Assembly (NCBI GenBank): GCA_964035545.1
Contig: OZ037770.1
Location: 11,862,463 to 11,926,462 of the forward strand
Length of the DNA: 64,000 bases
Direction: 5' to 3'
DNA from: Bugula neritina
Taxonomy: Eukaryota > Animalia > Bryozoa
Part shown: piece after piece, positions 39,401-51,800 of the stretch
How positions within the stretch are numbered: the stretch's first letter is position 1
How the letters are laid out: every line of letters begins with the position of its first letter
Position numbers and translations under genes: made by a program
Notes under the pieces: generated by a model
What the model saw: the letters and a program-made list of their open reading frames with translations, nothing else
Told to the model about the DNA's origin: nothing
Databases searched by the model: none

Positions 39401-39823
39401 AAGTCAAAATATTGTGGACACAATTTTTTGCTGCTGATGTTTTATTCATAGCATATCCATCCTACCCCTTGATGCTTGCATTTATATCCCTTGATGCGGA
39501 ATACTGCAGTATTATATATATGTACCGTATATGTGTGTATGTATGTATATATGTATGTGTATGATTTAAAAATCAAACTGTTATAAAATATTTTTAAATG
39601 AAGTTATAAATTTCTATCACTGTAGTCTGACTCTCACTCATGTTTAGAATGAGTATAGTAGCAATCATAGCCTATGACTTTTCCCTAGTCTTCGGACTTT
39701 ACTTTCTGATTAACAATTTATTATACAACTCTTGTAGGTCAATATTTCGAAGACAGTCAATATTTGATATTTAACGCCTAAACTCTCGCCTGAAAATGTG
39801 GTGAAGACAACTTCCAACTCACG

Positions 39824-42800
39824 ATGGGTAAGATGACACAACGTTATTGAATATTTGGTGCCATTCTTGATCTGTCGAAATTATAAATAATCTTTATATT
39901 GTGGAAGCATCTTGTATGTATATTTGGTTTGCAGTACTTGCTTGTGTTGAATTGTAAATACGATTTAGATGCCTTTTCTATGCATGTTACACGTTCACCT
40001 TCCTCCATACTTACTATAGCTTACTGCCACTTGTTCTGATTGTCCAGCTCTCTTATTACAGTATCTTTATACATCTGGACCCCCACGTTGTTGTTCTTTG
40101 CCCCTTGCATTATCACCCAGTGCTGTTTTTAATATCATTTTCTGTTCTAGCTCTCACTTATATGTCCAGTATCGTCCACTCTCTCTTCTGTTTCCTAACT
40201 TTTTAACTGTCTTTTATTTCACTCAAACAATTTTATTGTAAACTCATCTGTTTATTAACAATTAGACCTGGGATGTTTGACTCTCTATGTAGGATGGAGC
40301 TGCAAGCTGTACAGGAACAACGAGTTTGTCACTTTCTTATTCTCTGTGTGTTTCAGCTCCACGTGATGATGACAAGGCACTGCTCGATGCTGCCAGGGAG
40401 AGAGCTGAGATAGTACAGAGATATATCATAGTAAGTGTCATGGGTATATCATAGTAAGTATATCATAGTAAGCATCATGGGTATATCATAGTAAGTATAT
40501 CATAGTAAGTATATCATAGTAAGTGTCATGGGTATATCATAGTAAGTATATCATAGTAAGTATATTATAGTAAGTATATCATAGTAAGTGTCATGGGTAT
40601 ATCATAGTAAGTATATCATAGTAAGTATATTATAGTAAGTATGTCATAAGTAAGTATTGTGAGTATATCATAGTAAGTATATCATAGTAAGTGTCATGGG
40701 TATATCATAGTTAGTATATCATAGTAGGTATCATGGGTATATCATAAGTAAGTGTCGTGAGTATATCATTAGTAAGTATCATTAGTGTATCATAGTAGGT
40801 ATCGTAATTATCTCGTGGTAAGTATTGTAAGTATGTTTTCATAGAGATGAATGGATGTTAGTTTTAAGTTTTCTCTATCAATTAACTTCTGGACTAGTAA
40901 TGTTTATGGGCTATGGTGGACTCTAATGGGAACCACTCCCACTGTTAGGGTCTCTACTCCCAGGGATTAGTGGACAGTTATTCAAAGTCTACCTGTACAC
41001 TAATCAGTTGTAATTAATTCAATTCCTTGTAACACTTTTTTGTCCAGAATAGTTGTGATCACTTTCGGTGCATATGAGTTTAACTTACCACTAGTTAGTT
41101 CTTTGCGTGCAACCTTCAAAGGTTACGTCACTTTTACCGAGTTAATAACATTCAATACCAGCATTTGAAAGTCAATTTTATGGTAATTTATTACAACATA
41201 GAGTTCATTCTTTTTCCAATTTAGGTCTGCTGGAGTTAGTATTTGTTGCAATGCCACAAATATGTTTATCCTAATCCTCCTGTGGACTTAGAAAGAGCTT
41301 TTGGTTCATCTTTTTAATCTTGACACTTCTCCAAGGATTACTGCTTGAATCATAAGCTGATGTTTTGAAATTACTAACAGATTATGTCTGCTCTCTCCTT
41401 CTAAAGCCAGTCACTGTGCTGCAGCTAATAGTTCTGGAATAATACCTGAGACAAAACCTGTCTGAGGTTGTTTACTGCAAAGTTGTCACCACCTGTCAGC
41501 TGTACTCTAATATATTACCAACACCATCTGAAGATTTCCTCCTCACTTGGATTTGGAAATACAACTGGCTCCATATGCATTTGTTTACTTGTTGAAATTA
41601 CTTTCATCTCCCTACTTAGTAGACAAAATGTTCAGTGTCTGTCTGTTTGTCTCGTTGCAGGGTCGCGACCCCAGCGCTGCCATAGACGAATGGGAGGACC
41701 CAGCCTTTGAGGTCTACCATACTACTGACAGATACGGCTTCATACAGTAAGGCTACTCCCAACACGTCATTGTCTCTCTACTTGGACATAATCTGACCTT
41801 GACATTGGGGCTGATAAAAAATATTAATAATGAGATCACAGTCAGAGAGAAGCTATTATCTCAAATAGGTTTTGAGTTGCATGTTTTTGAGTTGTGTTTT
41901 GGCAAGCAGATGCCAGACTGAAACTCGTCTGCATAGAGCCAGTTGGATCCTATGAATTATGACATGCATGCTCTTCATGTAGTCGGGCACACTTTGGGGC
42001 ACTTGCCATAGCCTGTCACACGGCCTGCTGCTCACAGCAGCTTGCATGCAGCAGTAGAGTGACAGATCAGTGTGGCATTGGGATAAAGGCCTTTCCAGCT
42101 GCTCCATCATGGCTGTTGTAATTGATAATTTATTCATATCTCGTTTGGAGAATTGTCATTGGTCGACTGAGGTGTCCATTTCAGACCCTGTCTGACAATG
42201 TTTGGTGTATTTCATTTGTTGCAGGTGCCAAATTGTAATAAAAATAGTCATCATTGTCCATTTATAACTTCTAACCTCATTTCAGCTATTCTGAAATTCT
42301 GCCAAATTTCTAAGAATTCAAATGGCTGAAATAAGTGTTTGCCTGTTTCTAAGTATAAAATTCAAAGCAAGATATCAACAATTTGGAAATAAACTTGAAA
42401 CGAGTCTCCGGATTTCATCACCTCATAACTGTATTAATAAATCTAATTGTTTATCAGTTTCAGTCTTTTAGTTGATTGGTTAGTTATCAGATAGTTGGAT
42501 AGCATCAGTATATTTATAGCTGCCATACGCTAGACCCAGTCTCCAATCTAATGATGTAGGACCTCAGCTATACCTACAACCTCCAACCTGTTACAGTGCA
42601 CTTTTATCTCCTCTAAAATACTTCTGTTTGAGCCAATCAACTTGACCTATTATGCTGTCTGCTTATTAGTCATACACATCATTATGCAGATGTGAACTTT
42701 TTACATATTCAAATTACGCCATGCAAAGGGAGGGGTGATGGCTAATAGATGCATCTTGTGCGTTTAACATATTCTGTGATATATTTAGTTTCAGTGACTT

Positions 42801-45800
42801 GAACACCGTGTGGATATTTTATACAAGCAGTGATTTAAATACTCAATGAATATCAACGCCCTGTGGTGGTTTTTACTTTGCATACAAAAATTAGTATGCA
42901 TTTGTTTATGAATTTTCTCAACGCATTAAGTTTGCCTCTTTTTTGTAAATTATGATTTATTACAGCATATGTAATGTAGTTGCAAGTACTTCTTAGATGT
43001 TTATTATCCAGTTTTAAAAAAACACAAATTTAGAAAGCAAGGCTTAAAATTAAATGAGAGTGTTTCCTCTATTCTCTTTATGAACTGATAGTGTTACTAG
43101 CTGCTTGTAGAGGTCAGTTGCAAATCCTAAAAATGCTGCCTTTTTTATCTAGCGACAGCAATCTCTCCAAAGAGAGAGATGACGCTGAGAAAATTGCCAA
43201 GGAGGTGGAGCGAACGGATAAGTGGAAGAAGATGTACAAGAATTGGGACAAGTCATTTGACGGAGACCATCCATCTGTAAGTCTCTGAGATGGCAGGCCA
43301 GTAGACTGCTGCTGTCTGGCTATTTACCCTGCTGCCTGTGAATAGCAGCATTACTTTGTGCGGCTCTAGGTATCTCGTGTTGATCATGGTTGATTGATTT
43401 ATTACACATCACAGACATGAAAACATTTTGGGAAATTTAGTGTAAATATCGGCCATAGTAAGTAGATAGGAACAAAATAAAAAAAAATCAGAACTCTGTT
43501 GCATTATTAAAAATATAAGATCATTTAAAGTAAGTACAAGCTGTCGTAAAAAGCTATCTCTGCCCTATGCTCCTCTATATTTGATGATTCGATATCGTCT
43601 TAACTTGCTAAGTTTATTCCGTAATATTTTACTTTTATCAGATAGAAAGTCATTTAAAAGATAAATGGAAAGCAGATTTTGAGTTACACCCAGATGTTTG
43701 TAAGATAAACAAAACACTGTAGCAAATATGTTCAGTTAATTGTAATTTTTGATGTAAGGAAATGAAACTGGGGTGGGGATTTCTAGCATCAGTAGATAAT
43801 CTACTCCATTCATTTCCTCTTCACTAAAACCTGATTATTCGCCGCCGCAGCTGGTGGCTTTTGCTCGCCCAATGTATGAATTTATGACTCAGTCGGAATT
43901 ATCCCCTCCCTAGTTGACATAGACTTCATAGCAGTGGCTATAAAGTATGTTGTATTTTATTGTAAAGTGATGGCCTAAGTTTTGTTCTTGATTTAAATGT
44001 TGGAGATTGCGTTGGAGTTTGTTATTCTTCACGCCTAAAAGTCTTCCGTAATATCTGCACCGCTATTGGCTGATGTCGCCTGAATAATAATAGAACAGAG
44101 AAAGGCGTGGCACTGCTTTATTATTATAATTAGATAGCAAAAACTAAACTCTTTTGTCATTGATGTCATCTTTTTGGTTCTTTGAACGGCGACCGAATTA
44201 TCCAGACACCTGAAGTTCTAATCTACATCAAGGTGCAGGGTAACCACATACAGGGCTTAGCAAAACACAGAAATGTCACTTTTGATGCCTTATATGTAAC
44301 TACTGGTCACTTAAAACACTCATAAAATGGATCCATTGAATAAAATAGTATTCATAGCATAGCAGTGGACAAATGCAAAATAATTTATAATAATTTATGC
44401 TACTACTCAGTAGGTTGTGTGTTTGCATTGAATTTGCTTGCCTCAAAATAAGATGTCGTGGCGTCTTGTGCTAGCTTTTTATGATAATATGTTTTAATAG
44501 AATTCAATATTAATTGAAACTTCAAACTATTTTTCTCAAGTTTATTTTTGAAATAGTTTTATGTTAAAAATTTAAGATCGGCTTTAGAATGTTGAAAGAT
44601 TGGAAATTCTTATCAAAATTAAAAAATTCAAAAAAAAATGGATGAAAATGGCGTTCCTAACCATTTAAACGATTATTTAGCAGTAATTAATTGTCCTGCT
44701 AAACAGTAAAGCACATGTTTGAAGCTGTATTTTTTAATCAACTTGTTTTTAAAGAACTTTGTTGTGGTTGTCTTCCCATTTCTAGAAAGGGGAGAAGCTA
44801 AGAGCTAGAGTGTGGAAGGGGATACCCGACCAGTGGCGCGGTGAGATCTGGAAGAAGTTACTACACATAGAAGAGCTCAAGGCGACACACCAAGATGTCT
44901 ACGAGAAGATGTTAACTCGTGCTCTCACCACATCTCCTGATATTAGACAGATTGACTTAGATGTTAACAGAACATATAGAAATCATATAATGTTTAGAGA
45001 GAGATACGGTATAAAGTGAGTTGAATATAGTCTGAGTATAAATACAGTAGGTAGGGAGATACAGTATAAAGTGAGTTGGATATAGTCTGAGTATATATAT
45101 GCAGTAGGTAAGGAGCGACCGTGGTCTAGGGGTTAGAGCATTTGCCTTAAGTATGCACGAAGTAATGGGTTTGAGCCCCGACAGAGGCCATTGGTGATGT
45201 TAAGAAAAGCAACTAGTCATAATTGCTCCTGTGCCACATATGAATAAGTCCTTAGCTCAATTTAACAAAAAATACCTTCCACCAGGGGTTTCTCACAGAG
45301 ATAGTAACTAGAAACTCGTGTGAGATATAAATGCTGCAGGTAAAAAGTTACGGTTTTGGAGAATTCAGTATAAACTGAGTATCTAGCAGGTTCACCGTCT
45401 GCATTCTAATAACCCAACTATTCTTACCTTTCAGACAAAAGCATCTATTCCACGTATTAGCTGCCTACTCTATGTACAACACTGAGGTTGGCTACTGTCA
45501 GGGCATGTCGCAGATAGCTGCGCTATTGTTGATGTACATGGACGAGGAAGAAGCTTTCTGGTGCTTATCACAACTACTCACAAACAAGAAACACGCCATG
45601 CATGGTTAGTGCCTCTTCACCCCCCCCCCTCTCTTATTACATTACACCCACAGTTTTCTCAGTCTAAGCTCCGTCAAGGGAGCTAGCATAATACCCGCCG
45701 TCCATAACTTAGTGCAATAGTCGGTTCCTTATGCTAAATATCGCATCTTAAAATTAACTTAACAAGTATCAACATATTTATTAGCATTGATTTTAGGTTA

Positions 45801-48800
45801 GCTGTTGGAATTATATTTTCATATTCACCTGGAAATTTCCTGCTCCCTATATTTCATGCGATTATTCCGGAAATCTATTTGGCACAACTGCAGGTTTAAT
45901 TTTATACCCCCAACGAGTTTTTGCATTACATTCGACTGCTTTGCCAGAAGTTGGCGAAATATAATGCCTTTTTAACTCAAATATACCTAGGCTAATTCTA
46001 CTTCTCAGATCTCCAGGGCAGGAAATGTGTGGGAATAATTCTCTCTGCTCGAATAGTCTGAACCTTCCATGGTGCCAGCCATTTTGTCATCCTGACATTG
46101 CCAGTTCACAATTTTCTTTGCGTTTGGCTCTTGGTATCTCTTCCACCATGTCTCCACCATTCTATACACACCGAGTTTTTTTACTGCTCGGTAAATTATC
46201 TACGTCTCACTTCAAAGATTCCTCATTAAAATTAAAAAGGATTTTTTCAATTTTTCAATTTGGTTTGACAGAATCATCCGCGTGCCAACATCATTTATTG
46301 TGAAGATGTGGTCTCCCATTTTGAAATTGGATAATAATTGCTTAAATTGCCATGCGTTTAATTCAGCAAACTACTTATAGTTGTTTTTACTGAAATGTCT
46401 ACAATAAATCATTCATTGTCTCTGATAGCAATTTATCTTAGTTTGATTAAATTGTACGATACGATTGCATTCACCGTGATGTATTGTTGCTATGCTTCGG
46501 TAGCAACTAAACAATGTGTCAGTTTAAGCGTGCCAACCACTTTGGCATACCCGCTTTCAAGTGCCACCCTGTGCTACCTGGTACGATTTCTGTCAACTCT
46601 TACCTTCCATGTTTATAGATGGTTGGTGTCGTTATTGATGAGTTTGGCATCTGAACTTCTGAAACAATGCGGCTTTATGGTTGAGTGTGCGCGCTGCATT
46701 CCTTTCCATATTTTTAATTATCATGTAAATGTATTATAGAACTCATTATTTTGTAAAAAAAAATGATTTCATCGATAATGGATTTTCTGAGAATGTGTTT
46801 TTCCTAGTTTTTTTAATCTCTGAAAATAGTGCAATGCCAACCTCTGCTTCCTCGTTCTGCTGTTAGGGTTTTGCGTCAGTCCCTCTAGTTAGCCTCTAAC
46901 CAACATAATACACACTGTCTAGCCATGACATACATTATCCTTATCTTCAATATACATGATTTTCTCACACTAATCATTATAATCTGCCATAATATGGATT
47001 ATTTTCTTGTGAGTTTGACAGTTGCTCCAACTTGCCTTTTTTTCTCTGTTCTTGCTGCTTATTGGTCAACATCTCCAGTTTACATACTCTGCTCTTGCTG
47101 CTCATTGGTTAACATCTCCAGTTTGGCATTACATCTAGATTCTTAAAAGAACTGTTGAAATATTAAACTAGTTGATATTTACGCTGATCAAGCCTGTTTA
47201 TAATTAAATAAAAAAATTGAGCATTTGTTTGCAACAAAAGATAGGTTGTTATATTTGTTTTATAGTGTTTTTATTTATTCCAGTGTCTGTGTAGTTTGTC
47301 AGCTGGTTATTGTGTAGCCCTAGCTCAGCGTTTCCAGTTTGCAATACTCTGTTGTGTCCCTCCTATACATGCTAGACTACTCTAAAGCTACAGGTACCCT
47401 ACTATAGCCTGATTATCTCTGTAAAACTCAATCCTTGTGTGTTTCCAGGACTGTTCATACCCGGTTTTCCCAAGCTGATGAGGTTTCAGTCTCACTTTGA
47501 GCTAGTCATCAAGAAATTTATGCCCAAAATCTATAAGTTTATGGTAAGTCTATAACTTTTTACATTGTTCTCCATCTGTGGATGACAGCTCAGTTCAAAT
47601 AAACTTTTAATAGCATATTTACGATTATATTTGTTGTTATCTGCTCAATTGTACATGTGGCATTTGGGTATACAACTCCAAATTCGCACGCACTTTATTA
47701 TCTTGTCCTATACTCCACTCATTCCATATAATAATATCATATTCTAGGTATTATACATAGTAATATAATATTATTTATTATTAAATGATTATGTAACATT
47801 ATACTCCACTCATTCTATATAGTAATTTACTTTACTCATCCTATATAATAATATTATACGCTACTCTTTCTATATAGTAACTTACTTTACTCATCCTATA
47901 TAATAATATTATACGCTACTCTTTCTATATAGTAACTTACTTTACTCATCCTATATAATAATATTTTACGCTACTCTTTCTATATAATAATATACGATAT
48001 TATATTAATGAGAGATCAACAACAAGCATCTCTAGGTTTCACTGTGCTCAACGTGACTTGTTGTTATATAAACTACAGCGTGTAGTCGTGCTGTGAGTGA
48101 CCTTGACACTGCTCTGTGTTTTAGAATGCAAACATGATACCTCCTAGTCTTTATGCCATCAAGTGGTTCATGCAGTGTTTCTTAGACAGGGTAAGTTTGA
48201 CCTTGAGTATCTTATTCTCTCCCAGCTCTTATGTAACATAAATATTGAATATACATCAAGATTCAGCTGTTTGTACACTCAACTTCAATATTATCTGCTA
48301 AATTTACAACCTGCAAGTTTGATTGGTGCACATGTAACTGTATTTTTATGTTACTTTGATAATTAGCTAGTGCGTGTATTGCTTAGTGTGCTTGTATCAC
48401 TTTGGCATGTGTGCATTACTATAGTACATGTAATTACTGTGGCCTGCATATAATACCATAGTGTACACATTGCTGAGCTCTATATACTGTACTTCACCAG
48501 GTTTGCAATTGTTGTAATGAGGTGTATATTTTATAGACGCCATTTCCTTTAACTCTTCGCCTCTGGGACATCTACATGTTGGAAGGGGAAAGAATTTTAA
48601 TACCAATGGCCTTCACCGTGTTCAAAGTGCATAAAAGTAAGTCTTTCACTTTGTGTACATAATTATATTCTCTAAATATCTGGCAATCAATTTTTATACC
48701 ATTCGAATATCAGGAAAACCATTTCTGTTATATAGGAACAAATTTCTCCGTGAATGCATTTATGCGCTAGTGAATATGTAATTGTTTTGTGCTTCATTCG

Positions 48801-51800
48801 TGGAGCTAGCTACTATTTTTGTTAGTAGGTTTTCAGCTTTCTCAAGAATAAACATTGCTGTAAATTCACTGTTGCTACATGATGCCCATTCAGTTATTTC
48901 CATTGGCATTTATAATCGGGAGTTTTGCTCTCCATGCCTAATTCCAGCTTGTTAAAACTTTATTTTACATATTTTATAAGTTATGGTGTAATAGTTGTAA
49001 AGCATTGTTGGTGTGCCATTTAATAACTAATTTGACATCATGCCATGTCATAGTTTAGTCCAGGAAAATGTTTCTTACCACTAGTAGGGTGGCTCAAAAC
49101 TGTAGTATGTTTTTGTAATTTGGAGTTGTCCTTTTTATTAGAGAAGCTATTGAAGATGCAAATGGAACAATTTGTCAACTTTCTTCAACACGAATTAGAA
49201 AAAGATTTTGGTTTAGAGGATGATGCAGTCGTTTTAGAGCTCAATGTAAGTTTGCATTCACCTCTCTGATACCTAACCCTGCAGGTAAACTTGCTCTGTA
49301 CAGGTAAGGGCATGGCAGCTTTAATGACAAATTTTTAATATTTTTTTTATCGATAATTTGCTTGAAAACACACTTGCATAAATTCAATTGTATAAATTAG
49401 TTTGTTTCAATGGTAAACAAGTATACCCTGTTTGATACGAATAGGCTAGTCTGTTTGTAAAATGCTGTAATATGAGTTGCCTCCTCCTGTATATAGCTTA
49501 AGATCTGTCTCGTGCATCATAGGCTGTGGTCCTTGACTTGAGGCGGGCACGGGTTGAACTGCCTCCTCCCCCATCAGACCCCCTGGAAGAGGTTCCTAAG
49601 ACTCACTTCGGCAGCGTCACGTACCCTACAGAGGAGGAGCTGATAAAGCGACAGCAATCCCAGATACACATCAATGACGAGCCGACGGTTAGTCGAACTG
49701 AATATCTCACTCTCCTCGCTGTCAGTTTGTTTTACAGGAAACTCAGGACAAGGCTTGTTAGTTTACGTCAATAGAACGAGGATTGGTAGATGGTAGACTC
49801 GGAATGTTTCTTTCTGTTGTGGAATGACTGGGTTTCTCAAAGTAGTCTAGAATAAAGCATGGTTTGCTTGAAACTTGCTGCCACGCTGCTTCGACCTTCA
49901 CCGCTGCCTCGGCATCACTGCAGATTTCCTGGTTTATTTCTTTGGACTGCTTTGGGTGGACATATATGCACTTTTGATAATATTTGATGTGTGACGTTTT
50001 GAGCACTTTTATTAAGTGGTGTGCACAATTGTAGCCTTTTGTCGTAGTGTTGCATTAAACATTCTCACCGAAATTATATATTGCAGTTGTTTCACAACTC
50101 CTTTCATAAAATACTGTACTACTCTCACGTTGGTTGAAAACTTCTTTGATTTGAGAGAAAAATGGACAAAGTTACTTTATTATTATTGCAATAGTTTATA
50201 CCATCATTGTTATAGCAGCTGCTTTCATACAAAATATTGCAGTCTGGTATTAGTTGAGAATTTCTCGATTTTTGTAGGAAAATTGACAAAGTAACTTCAA
50301 AGTTTCCCTGTGACATTTGGGTCTGAGAAGTTCTGTAGTATTCTCTCTCAACTCGTGTCTTTCTCATTGACCTCTTGCTCTGTTTTATAGGTACTTACTA
50401 GCTGTTTGTCAGCGGAACTCAGTGCGGAGTACACCACCATCTTCTGACAGCCGCTGCCGGTGTCAGTATTACTGCTTTTGTTGTTTCATTTGTTCACCTT
50501 ATTATTCTAGAGGTGTGTCAGTTCACTCGGTAGAAGTGCACCGATACCTCTGTTCTCACCTGGCACCGCTACTCTAGCAATTCTTACAGCACGCTATAGT
50601 ACATGATTTCTTTTGCCAGCTTGTTACATCGGATCCTATTGGTTAACTAATGCCTTGCCGTATATCACTGTCTGTACTGTACTGGTACATTCAATGCTTG
50701 GTTCAAACATGTGTAAACTACTCATGTTCCAATCTAGGTTCCAGTCTCCTACAACCTAGAAGTGAACTGGACAGATCTGTATTCGTTCTTTTCGGAGGTT
50801 TTTATCTTTTAGTCTCTTCAAATCTCTCATTCTACTTTAACTGTTGTAGAGTTTAGTATTCATACGCTTGTTCTGACTCCAACTTGCTGCAACCTTCCAG
50901 TTCTAAATTAAAGGCTTTTTTCAATTACTGTCATTTTCATATCTGAAAGTTTTACAAAACAAGATGTTGTTTGTGAATTGCATGATTTAGTTTGCTGCTG
51001 GTTGTTATATACCATGTGTTGTTCTTTGTAGGCCGTCAAAATGACAGAATTAGGTTTTATGGGGGATTATTATGTTCTAATCTAGTAACATAGTCAGCTA
51101 AGATGGGTTCATTCATTTTGCCTTCTCCAATTGTGATGCCAAATGTTTCATTGATTAATGATCGTACCATGACTGGTGTATGTTCAACTTGCGATGTTGC
51201 TTTAACCATATTGAGCAGCTTTGAGACTTCCCAAGGACAGCAGAGTTTAAAATTAGAGCTTTTGTTTGCAGCTGCAAGTTGTAATATAGATTTGTCTATT
51301 CACGCAATATCAGCATTTCTCAAAGTTGCACTCCTATGTTCTTTGATTTCTGTGTATCTGACATTGAATTGTGTCTTCTTGTAAATATATGTCTAGTTCC
51401 AACTAACTTTCCCATCTTCTAATGCAAAATTGAATGTTATTCAGTAATATTTTTAGATAAATAATTTAGAGTTATCCTTCCTTTCCTTGTTGTTGGATTA
51501 TGGACTTATGTTTCCCTACTGTGTATAACTTCCGAAACATGTGCTCTTTAACTACTTGTCATGTATGTTTCTCTCACTTAAGCATGCCACATCTATCTCT
51601 ATATTGGTTGTGTTGTATTTCATCTTCAGACATTGCCTGTAAACACTACTAAAACTATTGCGTGACGAAAGGTAATGTCGGTAAGGTGCAGTCTACTACG
51701 TGATTTACTATAACCCCTAATATTATAATCAGCAGTGATACTTTCTTTCTTTCTATATTTCTAATTCTTTGTGCGTGTTGTATTTATCATTTTGTTGATG

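Noticed and set aside
37900-40260. Possible decayed LINE ORF2 pieces on the minus strand (DFN-like and RTE C-terminal-like traces)
   Set aside because: Too degenerate to delimit or classify by eye. Needs RepeatMasker or tblastn.
40421-40835. CRISPR-like appearance of short repeat arrays
   Set aside because: No unique spacers and no cas genes, in a eukaryotic intron. It is a minisatellite.
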